From assembly GCA_033551855.1 (NCBI GenBank), contig JAWSUI010000004.1, forward strand, positions 57,243-121,242: a stretch of DNA of 64,000 bases. Reading direction: 5' to 3'. The notes under the pieces are model-generated. The model was not told the origin of the DNA, made no database searches, and saw only the letters and a program-made list of their open reading frames with translations. Made by a program: the position numbers and the translations under genes. Each line of letters starts with the position of its first letter. Within the stretch, counting starts at the first letter, position 1. This stretch comes from Deferrisomatales bacterium (GTDB taxonomy: Bacteria; Desulfobacterota; Deferrisomatia; Deferrisomatales; JACRMM01). Below, in pieces: positions 27,219 to 35,948 of the stretch.

Positions 27219-27941
27219 TCAGGCCTCGGTGCGGCGCACTCCGCCCCGAGGGGTCCACGGCGGGGGGCCCTCGGGGGGTAGTGGTTCGAAACACTCCACC
27301 CAGTAGCCGATGCGCGCTTTCTGGAAGCCCTCCACCTTCAGCCCCACCTGTTGCCCCGGTTTCGCTTCCCGCACGGCATCGGGCCCGATGTGCAGGGAGG
27401 CGATCTTGCCCTCGTGCATCGGCCCGGCCGGCCCGATCACGCGATAGCGCTTCCCCAGGGCCAACGTGCCCTCCAGCACTTCACAGCCCAGGATCATCCC
27501 TCTTCGGCTGCCCTTGAAGAGGGCGATCACCTTGGCCCGGGCGGTGACCCGTTCCCCGGGGGGACTCGGGACGAGGCTCCGGGCGATGCGGCGCGCGTCC
27601 TCCGAGAGGTGGTAGATCACCTCGTAGAGCCGCACCTCCACGCCCTGCTCGCGCGCGTGCTCCTCCACTCGCGGGCCCGCCGGCACCTGGAACCCCAGGA
27701 CGAGCTTGCTGCCGGTGGCCGCCATGAGCACGTCCGACTGGGTCACTTCCCCCACTCCGGCCTGGATCACGCGGAGCTCCACCCCCTGCGGCGCGGCGCC
27801 GGCCAGCGCTGCCGCGGCCGCCTCCAGGGTGCCTGCGGTGTCCGCTTTGAGGACCAACTCCAGGACGGTGGCGGCCGAGGCGCCCGGTAGGGGGGCGGCG
27901 GCAGGCGGCGGGGGAGGCGGGTGGCGCTTGCGGTGGGACAC
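27219..27941 (-). CDS. Stand-alone IF2 C-terminal (C1+C2) domain protein without a GTPase domain
   Basis: LVLKADTAGTLEA, GVGEVTQSDV, YEVIYHL, GCEVLEG, EGKIASL correspond to IF2 domains III-IV. Confidence 0.8.
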   Translation of the reverse strand: MSHRKRHPPPPPPAAAPLPGASAATVLELVLKADTAGTLEAAAAALAGAAPQGVELRVIQAGVGEVTQSDVLMAATGSKLVLGFQVPAGPRVEEHAREQGVEVRLYEVIYHLSEDARRIARSLVPSPPGERVTARAKVIALFKGSRRGMILGCEVLEGTLALGKRYRVIGPAGPMHEGKIASLHIGPDAVREAKPGQQVGLKVEGFQKARIGYWVECFEPLPPEGPPPWTPRGGVRRTEA

Positions 27942-28094
27942 CGGGTCACTCCGGAGTGCGGGGCGGCGGCCTCGGGGAAACATACCCCCGTGCCGTCGCT
28001 CCCGCCAGTGGCCCCCGATCCTGGGAGGCTCGGCCTCCGGTGCCCGAAGGGCTCTCGGCCGGCTTCCCGGCACCCGGCGACGGAGGACGGGGCC

Positions 28095-29813
28095 TCAGGC
28101 CGGGGGTGTCCTCGCCGCTTCGGCGAAGCGGAACCGGGGAAGCGTCGCGGCCTCCCGGGCGACCGGCTCCAAAACTTCGTCGGTGAACAGCAACGCGTGC
28201 CTCGACCCGTCGCTGAGCAGCACAGCCCCGCCGGGCTCGCGGCGCATGTCTCCGTCCTCCGGGACGAGGCGGAACTGCAGGCTCCGCAGCTCCCGGGCCT
28301 TGAGCCGGGCGAGGGGCCCGGACAGGTCGCGCTTCAAGGACCGAAAGGGCCGCCGCAGGTCTTCCAAGGTGGCGTAGCCCCGCTGTCGAATCCGGTCCGC
28401 CACCCTTCCGGGAAGGGGGGCCGCTCGGGCCACGAGGTCGGGCGGGATGGCCAGCACGGATCCCGCCACGGAGGCCAGATAGGCAGGAGACGGCGCCGGC
28501 TCCTGTGGTTCCGGACCCTGGCTCTGGACGTCGCCGCCGCTGGCCGACGCTCCTCCGGAGGACTCCCCCTGGTGCGGGTCCAGGGCGTGAACGCTGGCGG
28601 TGAGCGCTTCCAGGGCGTCGTAGACGCGCTGGAGCTCCGACTGCCGGAAAGGGGAGGGGAGAGTCGGTCCGGCCCGTGCCTCGTCCGCCCCACGCTCCGC
28701 CTCCGGCACGGCGGCGAGGCGGCAGGCCAGCTCCAGCGCCGAGGTGAGCTCCCCCTGCACCACGTCGCAGAAGCCGGCGCCGTCCATTCCCGTGCCGGAC
28801 GGCGCGTCGGGGGAAGACTCGCGCCACCGCTCTGCCTGGGCGCGCACCGTGCTCTGCAGGCCCTGGAGGCACGCCAGCAGCCGTTCGGCCGTGCCGCCGG
28901 AGTGGTCCGCCGGCCGCTCGGGCGGCGGCTCCGGCCTGTCGGCGCCGGCTTCGGGTTCGGCATCGTCCGCTTCCCGGGGGCCGGGCGGGTGCCCGCCGGC
29001 GTCCCGTGGAAGCGCCGGGTTGGCCTCTTGGCCCAGGGAGCCCGCGCCCTGTTCGAGCTCTCCCCCAGGTGCGGGTGGAAAGCCCAGGGCTTCCGTCTCC
29101 GGTTGGGCCTGGTGTCTCTCCCAGGGGATGGGGGCCTCCTCGGGCTCGGCAGCGCCCCGAACCAGGGCTTCTTCGGAGACCGGCTCCTGGGCAGTTGCCG
29201 CCACGGGGGTGATTCCCTCCCCCCGCCTGCCCCCGGCCGGAGGCGAAGGTCGGTCGGCGGCCGCGGGCTGCGGCTGCGCCTTCTCGTCCGGCCGCCTCCG
29301 CACCTCGGCCTGGAGTCGTCGGTACTCTTCCAGGATCCCCGCCACCGCGGTCTTCTTCTCGGAGGCGGACGGCGGCGGCTCTGCGAGCAGGGTCTCCAGG
29401 GCGCTCAGGGAGGCCGTCGGGAACCCGACCGCGAGGGGGTTCGCCCCCTCGCCGGCGGCACGGAGGTACTTGCCGACCTTCCCGGCCATCTCGAGTACCG
29501 CATCGACGTGCCGCTCCCCCCCGAACCCCTCCCGCAGCGCGGATACCTGGTGCTCGAAGGCGCGGATCCCTTCCTCCTCGACCTCCCATTCCAGGGAGAG
29601 GACCGCTTCCCGCAACCCGTTGAGGACGGGGGAGCCGCCGAGCGGCCCGCTGCCGGCGTGGGCTTCTTCGCCCACCTCTTCCCGGGCCGCCCCGGTCATC
29701 TGCATCGTCGGGAAGGGGGAGTTGGGCACGAACAGCCGGTCAATGGCCTGGTCGATGTAGGCGTCGATCTCTGCCGCGTCGATGGTCTCGAGCGACCGGT
29801 CGGTGGTGTCCAT
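28095..29813 (-). CDS. Hypothetical protein of the mglBA operon (helical N-domain, low-complexity linker, possible CheW-like C-terminus)
   Basis: RBS AAGGGAGG 26 bp after mglA; VLSLEWEV helical domain; C-terminal LAIPPDLV...ALLFTDEV pattern. Confidence 0.7.
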   Translation of the reverse strand: MDTTDRSLETIDAAEIDAYIDQAIDRLFVPNSPFPTMQMTGAAREEVGEEAHAGSGPLGGSPVLNGLREAVLSLEWEVEEEGIRAFEHQVSALREGFGGERHVDAVLEMAGKVGKYLRAAGEGANPLAVGFPTASLSALETLLAEPPPSASEKKTAVAGILEEYRRLQAEVRRRPDEKAQPQPAAADRPSPPAGGRRGEGITPVAATAQEPVSEEALVRGAAEPEEAPIPWERHQAQPETEALGFPPAPGGELEQGAGSLGQEANPALPRDAGGHPPGPREADDAEPEAGADRPEPPPERPADHSGGTAERLLACLQGLQSTVRAQAERWRESSPDAPSGTGMDGAGFCDVVQGELTSALELACRLAAVPEAERGADEARAGPTLPSPFRQSELQRVYDALEALTASVHALDPHQGESSGGASASGGDVQSQGPEPQEPAPSPAYLASVAGSVLAIPPDLVARAAPLPGRVADRIRQRGYATLEDLRRPFRSLKRDLSGPLARLKARELRSLQFRLVPEDGDMRREPGGAVLLSDGSRHALLFTDEVLEPVAREAATLPRFRFAEAARTPPA

Positions 29814-29838
29814 GGCGCCTCCCTTCGGGGAACGGCTG

Positions 29839-30450
29839 TCAGCGGCCCAACAGTTTTCGGGTGACGTGCTTGACGGTACGCTTGCTGATCTCCCGGAGGG
29901 TCTCGAAGACTCCGTCCCCCTGGAGGGCGCTCGCCGGAAACGCCCCCGCACGGAGGTCCCGGTTGAGGCCCCGGTCGAGCTCCTCGAGGGGGATGAGGGG
30001 CACGCCCTCCCGGTCGAGATCCCGCTTGTTGTACTGGAATACGAGGGGCAGCTGGGCGAGGTCCATCTGCTCCTGTGCGAGGTTCTTCCGGAGGTCTTCC
30101 AGGCTCTCCAGGTTCTGTTCCCACTGTTCCGCCCGGGAGTCCGCCACGAAGACGACCCCATCGACCCCCCGTAGCACGAGCTTGCGGGTCGTCGTGTACA
30201 TGATCTGCCCCGGAACCGTGTACAGCTGGATACGGATGTTCATCTTGTGGATCTTGCCCAAGGCGAGGGGGAGAAAGTCGAAGAAGAGTGTGCGGTCGCC
30301 TTGCGTGTCGATCTTGATCATCTTGCCGCGGACGGCTTCGGCCATTGCCTCGTGCAAATGCGCCAGATTGGTCGTCTTGCCGCAACGACCTGGGCCGTAG
30401 TATACGATCTTGACTTGTATTTCGCTGCGCGCTAGATTTACGAATGACAC
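29839..30450 (-). CDS. mglA: MglA small GTPase
   Basis: KIVYYGPGRCGKTTNL, DRTLFFDFLP, LYTVPGQ, QYNKRDL. Confidence 0.93.
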   Translation of the reverse strand: MSFVNLARSEIQVKIVYYGPGRCGKTTNLAHLHEAMAEAVRGKMIKIDTQGDRTLFFDFLPLALGKIHKMNIRIQLYTVPGQIMYTTTRKLVLRGVDGVVFVADSRAEQWEQNLESLEDLRKNLAQEQMDLAQLPLVFQYNKRDLDREGVPLIPLEELDRGLNRDLRAGAFPASALQGDGVFETLREISKRTVKHVTRKLLGR

Positions 30451-30857
30451 GTCGCGGCTCCCACGTTCAATATATTCGTGATCTCTTCTGTTATTGTTGC
30501 AATGCGCAGGCGGATGAGTCCCAGTGGAACGTTCTTTCCGAAAATAGTTATGATAAAATAATTCTCGCCCAATTTCGTATAGTGAACATTTTCATTCTTC
30601 CCTTTATGGAAAAGGAGAGCGAAGTCCTTTTCTCCTATGAGCTTTGCGATCTCCTCCGTGGCCCCGTAGTTGGCTGCGGAGAGCGCGGCCAGGGCCACGA
30701 TGTCCAGGGTCGACGGGTCCCCCCGGTGGACCAGCACGTGGCCGGCCCGGTCCACGAGCAGGACGCAGTCGGCGCCGGCGCGCAGGAGGTTCCGGTCCAA
30801 GAGGGAAGCGATGTCTTCCAGTGCATCCCTGCACAGGACGGTGTCCACAGGTCTCAC
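30438..30857 (-). CDS. mglB: MglB roadblock/LC7 GAP
   Basis: LLVDRAG, LAALSAANYGATEEIAKLIGE, LGLIRL; directly upstream of mglA. Confidence 0.9.
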   Translation of the reverse strand: MRPVDTVLCRDALEDIASLLDRNLLRAGADCVLLVDRAGHVLVHRGDPSTLDIVALAALSAANYGATEEIAKLIGEKDFALLFHKGKNENVHYTKLGENYFIITIFGKNVPLGLIRLRIATITEEITNILNVGAATCHS

Positions 30858-31180
30858 CCCTCCGGCGGTGGGAGGCGGCCGCGTGCTGCACGCCGGGCGG
30901 CCCTCGGATTCGTTGCTCGCACGGCGTTAGGTATCGTCCGACATTTCCGACACCTTGAGCGGTCTCCCCCCCGCCAGCCGCCCAGACCGCGCACGTCTTC
31001 TGCCTCGCCCGCAGCTGCGCACACCTCTCGAGGCGGGAAGGCTCGGGGGCGCGCCTGTCCGGATTGCCCCCCGTCTTCTGCCCAGGTGGGCGGTCCAGCC
31101 GGTCGTCTCCCGGCCGGCCTCCGCGCCCGATACGGGGGTGTGACGGCCGCCTCCCGCGTCAAGATCCACGACCAGATTCT

Positions 31181-31350
31181 CGGGCGGGGCCGGGGAGCCG
31201 TGGAGCGCAGCCCCGCATCGCCTCGACCGACCCGCAGAAGCCGGCGCAAGCGGGTGAAGCCCGGCGTACCGGAGGCTGCGGCGCCTCCCCTTCGAATCGC
31301 CGCGGATCGCGGGGCGGAGCGGAGGGGCTCCCCGGCCCCGGGCACGTGCC
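31181..31350 (+). mobile_element. Repeat family B, full-length MITE-like copy
   Basis: Ends ggggccggggagcc...ggctccccggcccc are inverted; colinear with the inverted copy at 46592-46762. Confidence 0.7.
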
Positions 31351-31509
31351 CGGTGGATTCAGGCGCGAGTCCTCCCTTGTGTCGGAACCCGGTCGTGTCG
31401 CATCATCGCGAGCCTTGGGCAGTACGATGGGAACGTCGCCGGCCCCCCGGGAGCTCGCCGCCGAAGGCCGGCGTGGCGGGATCCTCCGGCACGGTGCGCA
31501 TCCAAGGCG

Positions 31510-32607
31510 GTGAAGGCCCGCCCCTTTCTTCGACTCTTCGTGAGGAATCTCTTCTTGACGTCCGATCTTCTCCCCTCCGGGAAGGACCCTGCGCCGGTCA
31601 CGGTCCCCCGGCTCTGGATGGCTCCGATGGCCGGGGTCACGGATGCGGCCTTCCGCCAGCGGCTTCGCCGGAACGGCTGCCGGCGGCTGTACACGGAGAT
31701 GGTGTCGGCTGCGGCGCTCCACCGGGGCAACCGGAGGACTCGAGGGTATCTCCAGGTTCCGGACGGGGGCGAGGACCTGGGCGTACAACTGTTCGGGGCG
31801 GTACCCGAAGAGCTCGCGTCCGCGGCGGAGCTGGCCCAGGAGGCCGGATTCCGTCACGTGGACCTGAACATGGGGTGCCCGGTGCGCAAGGTGGTCCGAA
31901 CGGGCGCCGGCGCGGCACTGCTGAACGACCTCGGGCGCGCCGAAGCCTGCCTGAGGGGCCTTCGCCGGGTCGTCAGGGGGATTCTCTCGGTCAAGATCCG
32001 GGCGGGTTGGGACGAAGGGAGCATCAACTTCCTGGAAGTGGGGCGTCTGGCGGAGGCTAGCGGGGTCGACCTCGTTACCTTTCACCCCCGGACCCGGGCC
32101 CAGGGGTATGGGGGGCGGGCCGACTGGGGGATGGTTCGGGCCCTGGCCGCGGACCTGTCGGTGCCGGTGGTGGGAAACGGGGACGTCACCTCTGCACGAG
32201 AGGCCGCCGCCCGGCTTTTCGAGAGCGGCTGCCAGGGCGTCATGGTGGGCCGCGCTGCCCAGGGGGCTCCCTGGCTATTCCGGCAGGGGGAGCGGCTCGC
32301 GGGAGGGCTGGAGCCCGGCCCAGCCCCGGAGCCGTGGGAGATCGGCCGGGACCTCTGCATGCAGCTGGAGGACCAGGTGCGCTGGAAGGGTACCGCCGTG
32401 GCAACCTTCGAGATGAGGAAGTTTGCCGCGTGGGGCGCCCGGGGCCTGCCAGGGGCTGCAGAGTTTCGCCGCCGCCTGCAGACGGCGGCGGACGTGGAGG
32501 CGTTGCGGCGGGAAGTCGAGGGGTATTTCGGAACGGCGGGGGGGAGTCCCGGGGGAGCCGCCCGGGGGAGGGCTGAAGGTCGTGTCGGACTTGCCGGGAT
32601 CCCCTGA
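31510..32607 (+). CDS. dusB: tRNA-dihydrouridine synthase B
   Basis: APMAGVTD, DLNMGCPV, SVKIRAGW, HPRT, GNGDV, VMVGR. Confidence 0.92.
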   Translation: MKARPFLRLFVRNLFLTSDLLPSGKDPAPVTVPRLWMAPMAGVTDAAFRQRLRRNGCRRLYTEMVSAAALHRGNRRTRGYLQVPDGGEDLGVQLFGAVPEELASAAELAQEAGFRHVDLNMGCPVRKVVRTGAGAALLNDLGRAEACLRGLRRVVRGILSVKIRAGWDEGSINFLEVGRLAEASGVDLVTFHPRTRAQGYGGRADWGMVRALAADLSVPVVGNGDVTSAREAAARLFESGCQGVMVGRAAQGAPWLFRQGERLAGGLEPGPAPEPWEIGRDLCMQLEDQVRWKGTAVATFEMRKFAAWGARGLPGAAEFRRRLQTAADVEALRREVEGYFGTAGGSPGGAARGRAEGRVGLAGIP

Positions 32608-33223
32608 GCCCATCGCGGTGGTGAGCGCAAGCCCGTGCCTCCGGCTCCGGGTGCGGGAGGCCCTGGAGCCCCTCGGGCTCCAGGTGGAGCCCGCTTCGGA
32701 CGCCGCAGAGTTCGCCAGGCACCGGCGCCAGCGCCCCTTTCTCCTGTGCTTCGTCGATGCCCGGGGGGCCCACGGGGCGGAGGAGTCGCGGACGTGCCTC
32801 CAGGCCCGCCCAGCGGAGCGCTACGTGCGGATTCTCGGCCCGTGGCAGGGGGCGACGACGGATGGGGAAGCGGAAGGGATCGGCGTCCCCTTTGGGTTCC
32901 TCCGGGAGCCCTTCGGGGAGGAGGAGGTACGGGCGTGGGCCCGCCGGGCCGCCGCAGAGGCTCGGCTTCTCCACGGGGACTGCTCCCTCGAGGATCTCCT
33001 CTACGGACGCTTCCGGTCGTTCCTGAGCAATCTGGGCACGCAGACCACCAGCCCCATGCACGCCGTGGTCCTGGAACGGGTGGAGCGCCCTCTCCTGCGG
33101 GCGGTGCTGGAATGGGCCGGGGGCAACCAGACCCGTGCTGCCGAGGTGCTGGGCATCCACCGGAACACCCTCCGGGCCAAGGTCCGTTCTTTGGGGGTCG
33201 AGCCCTCCCGGCACGGCCGCTGA
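32582..33223 (+). CDS. Fis-type HTH regulator with a degenerate receiver-like N-terminus
   Basis: VERPLLRAVLEWAGGNQTRAAEVLGIHRNTLRAK HTH_8; follows dusB; start uncertain. Confidence 0.8.
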   Translation: MSDLPGSPEPIAVVSASPCLRLRVREALEPLGLQVEPASDAAEFARHRRQRPFLLCFVDARGAHGAEESRTCLQARPAERYVRILGPWQGATTDGEAEGIGVPFGFLREPFGEEEVRAWARRAAAEARLLHGDCSLEDLLYGRFRSFLSNLGTQTTSPMHAVVLERVERPLLRAVLEWAGGNQTRAAEVLGIHRNTLRAKVRSLGVEPSRHGR

Positions 33224-33239
33224 GCCCCCGCTTCCTTCC

Positions 33240-33336
33240 GGCTCATCCGGGAAACGGCGGGGGAGAACACCTACCGTGCAGTCCGGCCTCGTCTGCCGGA
33301 GTGGGCGGGCCCACCCGGTCGTTGGCCGGAAGAACC
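33240..33336 (+). mobile_element. Repeat family A, internally deleted copy (97 bp)
   Basis: Left end ggctcatccggg joined to the right ~85 bp of the 209-bp element. Confidence 0.72.
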
Positions 33337-33381
33337 CCTCTTTCCCCCCGGTGCCGATCCTTCCGTCCTCTCGCGCCCTTC

Positions 33382-33612
33382 TCAGGCGCCGGAGCCCGGC
33401 GGTATCCCGATGTCCCGAATCTCGCGGATCTTCGCCTGGATGCCCCGGATGACCCGCTCCAGGTGCTCCTGCTCGCGGCGGTCCTCCAGGATCTCCGCCT
33501 CCTGCAAGGCCCGCCGCTTCTTCTCCAGCAGGGACTGGAGCTTGAGCAGGGACTTGCGCAACTCCCGGTTGATCGCGTCCAGCTCTTCTCGAAACGATGC
33601 GGGAAGACCCAC
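33382..33612 (-). CDS. Small coiled-coil hypothetical protein
   Basis: RBS GAGGAGG, GTG start; heptad Leu/charged pattern; promoter TTGTCC-N17-TAGCGT at 33643-33671. Confidence 0.7.
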   Translation of the reverse strand: MGLPASFREELDAINRELRKSLLKLQSLLEKKRRALQEAEILEDRREQEHLERVIRGIQAKIREIRDIGIPPGSGA

Positions 33613-33768
33613 GGTATCCTCCTCGGAGCACGGTGCCCCCGTACGCTATCACACGCCCCGGGGCCGGACAACGCTTGCCAACCGCCGTGCCCACGTACTG
33701 GATTCCCCGCCCGGCGGTTGCTCAGGGCCGGGGCGCGCGTTAGAGTTTTTTCCCGTTGGGTGCCGTTC

Positions 33769-33797
33769 TTGACTGCCTCGGGCCGCTGCCCTATAGT
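33769..33797 (+). promoter_or_regulatory. sigma70-like promoter for the ybeY operon
   Basis: TTGACT-N17-TATAGT. Confidence 0.65.
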
Positions 33798-33907
33798 CCG
33801 GTGAGCCCCCGGGGAAAGTGCCCACATCGCCAGGGGTTGCCCTCGTCGGGCGGTGGTCCGGTGTCGAGGGCCTGCGAATCGGTGCCCTGGCGGGGGAGAA
33901 GAGGCCC

Positions 33908-34354
33908 ATGGAGATCTGGATCCGCGACGACTGCCCGGAGGCGGGCATCGACGAGGGCACCTTGCGGGGGAGGCTGGAGAGGGTCTTGCGTGCCCTGGGG
34001 TGTGAAGAGGCCGAGCTTTCGGTCTGGCTGTGTGACGACCCCACGATCCGGGAGCTCCATCGGCGGTATCTGGGGGAGGACACCCCGACCAACGTCATCA
34101 GTTTCTCGCAGCGGGAGGGGGAGTACGCAGACGTAGACCCGGAGCTCTTGGGCGACGTCGTGGTGAGCGTGGAAACCGCGCGGCGCGACGCGGAGGAGGG
34201 CGGGGGCCGACTGGACGAGGAGGTGACGTACCTGTGCGTACACGGCGTCCTCCACCTGCTGGGCTACGACCACGAGGGAGACCAGGCCCACCGGGCGCCG
34301 GAGATGGAAGCCAGGGAGGCCGAGCTCTTCCGCCTAGCCCTCGATGAAGCCTGA
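33908..34354 (+). CDS. ybeY: rRNA maturation endonuclease YbeY
   Basis: PTNVISF, LGDVVVS, HGVLHLLGYDH. Confidence 0.95.
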   Translation: MEIWIRDDCPEAGIDEGTLRGRLERVLRALGCEEAELSVWLCDDPTIRELHRRYLGEDTPTNVISFSQREGEYADVDPELLGDVVVSVETARRDAEEGGGRLDEEVTYLCVHGVLHLLGYDHEGDQAHRAPEMEAREAELFRLALDEA

Positions 34355-35042
34355 GACCTGGCTCCAGACGCTCAACTGTGCCGTGGAGGGGGTCGTCCAC
34401 GGGGTGCGTACCCAGCGCCATCTGCGCTGGCAATCCTTGGTCTGCCTGGCCGTTCTCCTCGTGGCCCCCCGCCTGGGTGTGACCCCCGCCGAGTTCGCGC
34501 TCCTCTGCCTGGCGGCGGCCCTCGTGCTCGTGGCGGAGCTGACGAATACGGCTGTGGAGGCCTCGGTGGATCTCGCCTGCCCGGACGTCAACCCCTTGGC
34601 CCGGGCGGCCAAGGATGTGGCAGCCGGGGCGGTCTTGGTGGCCTCCTTCGCAGCGGTGGCCGTGGGTTGGGTGGTGCTCCTGCCGGCGATGCAAGGGCCC
34701 GCCGGAGCGCTCCTTCGAGAGGCGAACGCCCGGAAACCCGTGGTGCTTGCGGCTTCGCTCCTGGCGGTGCTCGTGGTGGTGATCCTGATCAAGGGTGCCG
34801 TGGGGCGCGGGCAGGCCCTTCGAGGGGGGTTCCCCTCCGGACATGCGGCCGTCTCCTTCGCGGTGGCCGCGCTCCTGACACTCCACACCCAGGACCTGAT
34901 CGTGGCCGTGCTCACGGCGATTTTGGCCCTCATGGTGAGCCACAGCCGCCTGCTCCACCGCATCCACACCCGAGCCGAGGTGGCCGTCGGAGCGGTCCTG
35001 GGGACGCTGCTCGGGGCGGCCCTTTTCTGGATTCTTCACTGA
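34344..35042 (+). CDS. dgkA: Diacylglycerol/undecaprenol kinase fused to a PAP2 phosphatase domain
   Basis: ELTNTAVEASVD, AKDVAAGAV; GGFPSGHAA, SRL..RIHT. Confidence 0.88.
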   Translation: MKPETWLQTLNCAVEGVVHGVRTQRHLRWQSLVCLAVLLVAPRLGVTPAEFALLCLAAALVLVAELTNTAVEASVDLACPDVNPLARAAKDVAAGAVLVASFAAVAVGWVVLLPAMQGPAGALLREANARKPVVLAASLLAVLVVVILIKGAVGRGQALRGGFPSGHAAVSFAVAALLTLHTQDLIVAVLTAILALMVSHSRLLHRIHTRAEVAVGAVLGTLLGAALFWILH

Positions 35043-35050
35043 GGGAGCAC

Positions 35051-35926
35051 ATGGGCACCGACGGTGGAGGCCCGCTGCGGGCACTGTTCCGGGACCTCCT
35101 GGGCCGGCGTCCTCGCCCCAAGCGGGACCTCGTCAAGGAGATCGAGGGGCTCATCGAAGCGGGCAAGGCGGAGGGCCTCTTCAACGCGGACGAGGAGGAC
35201 ATGCTCCTCTCGATCCTGTCCTTCCGAAAGACCTTGGTTCGCGAGGTCGCCGTTCCCCGCACGGAGATGGTCACCGTGGAGGTGGGGGCAGCCTTGGAGG
35301 ACCTGGCCCGGACCATGGTCCAGGAGGGGCACTCCAGGGTCCCGATCTACGAAGGGGACGTGGACCACGTGGTGGGATTCGTGACGGCTCGGGACGTCCT
35401 GCACTTCTGGGGGGCCCCTCCTCCGTACCCGCCCCTGCGCACCCTGCTCCGTCCGGCCTATTTCGTGCCGGAGACCATGAGCCTCGAGGCCCTCCTGGCC
35501 GAGTTTCGCCGCCGCCGGCTCCAACTGGCCATCGCCGTGGACGAGTATGGGGGGGTCTCTGGTTTGGCTACCCTGGAGGACGTGCTGGAGGAGATCGTCG
35601 GGGACATCCAGGACGAGTATGACGAGGAGGACGCGGAGATCCGGGAGGCGTCGGACGGGCTGCGGGTCGATGCCCGCACCGAGCTGGAGAAGCTGGAGGA
35701 GAGGCTTGGGATCGAGCTTGGGAAAGACGTGGACTACGAGACCGTGGGGGGGCTCGTCTTCCATGCCTTGGGTCGAGTGCCCAAGGCGGGCGAGACCTTC
35801 CGCTACGGAGGGCTGGAGGTCGTGGTCCTCGATGCGGACCGGCGGCGGGTCAAGGAGGTGAAGGTCCGCAGGCTTCCCCAGGAGGAGCCCCGTGGCGATC
35901 GGCCAGACACCCCGGTCGGGGACTGA
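35051..35926 (+). CDS. CBS-domain CorC/HlyC family protein
   Basis: GHSRVPIY, VDEYGGVSGLATLEDVLEEIVGDIQDEYD, ETVGG. Confidence 0.92.
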   Translation: MGTDGGGPLRALFRDLLGRRPRPKRDLVKEIEGLIEAGKAEGLFNADEEDMLLSILSFRKTLVREVAVPRTEMVTVEVGAALEDLARTMVQEGHSRVPIYEGDVDHVVGFVTARDVLHFWGAPPPYPPLRTLLRPAYFVPETMSLEALLAEFRRRRLQLAIAVDEYGGVSGLATLEDVLEEIVGDIQDEYDEEDAEIREASDGLRVDARTELEKLEERLGIELGKDVDYETVGGLVFHALGRVPKAGETFRYGGLEVVVLDADRRRVKEVKVRRLPQEEPRGDRPDTPVGD

Positions 35927-35948
35927 CGCGGTCCCCGGAAACCGGGAG

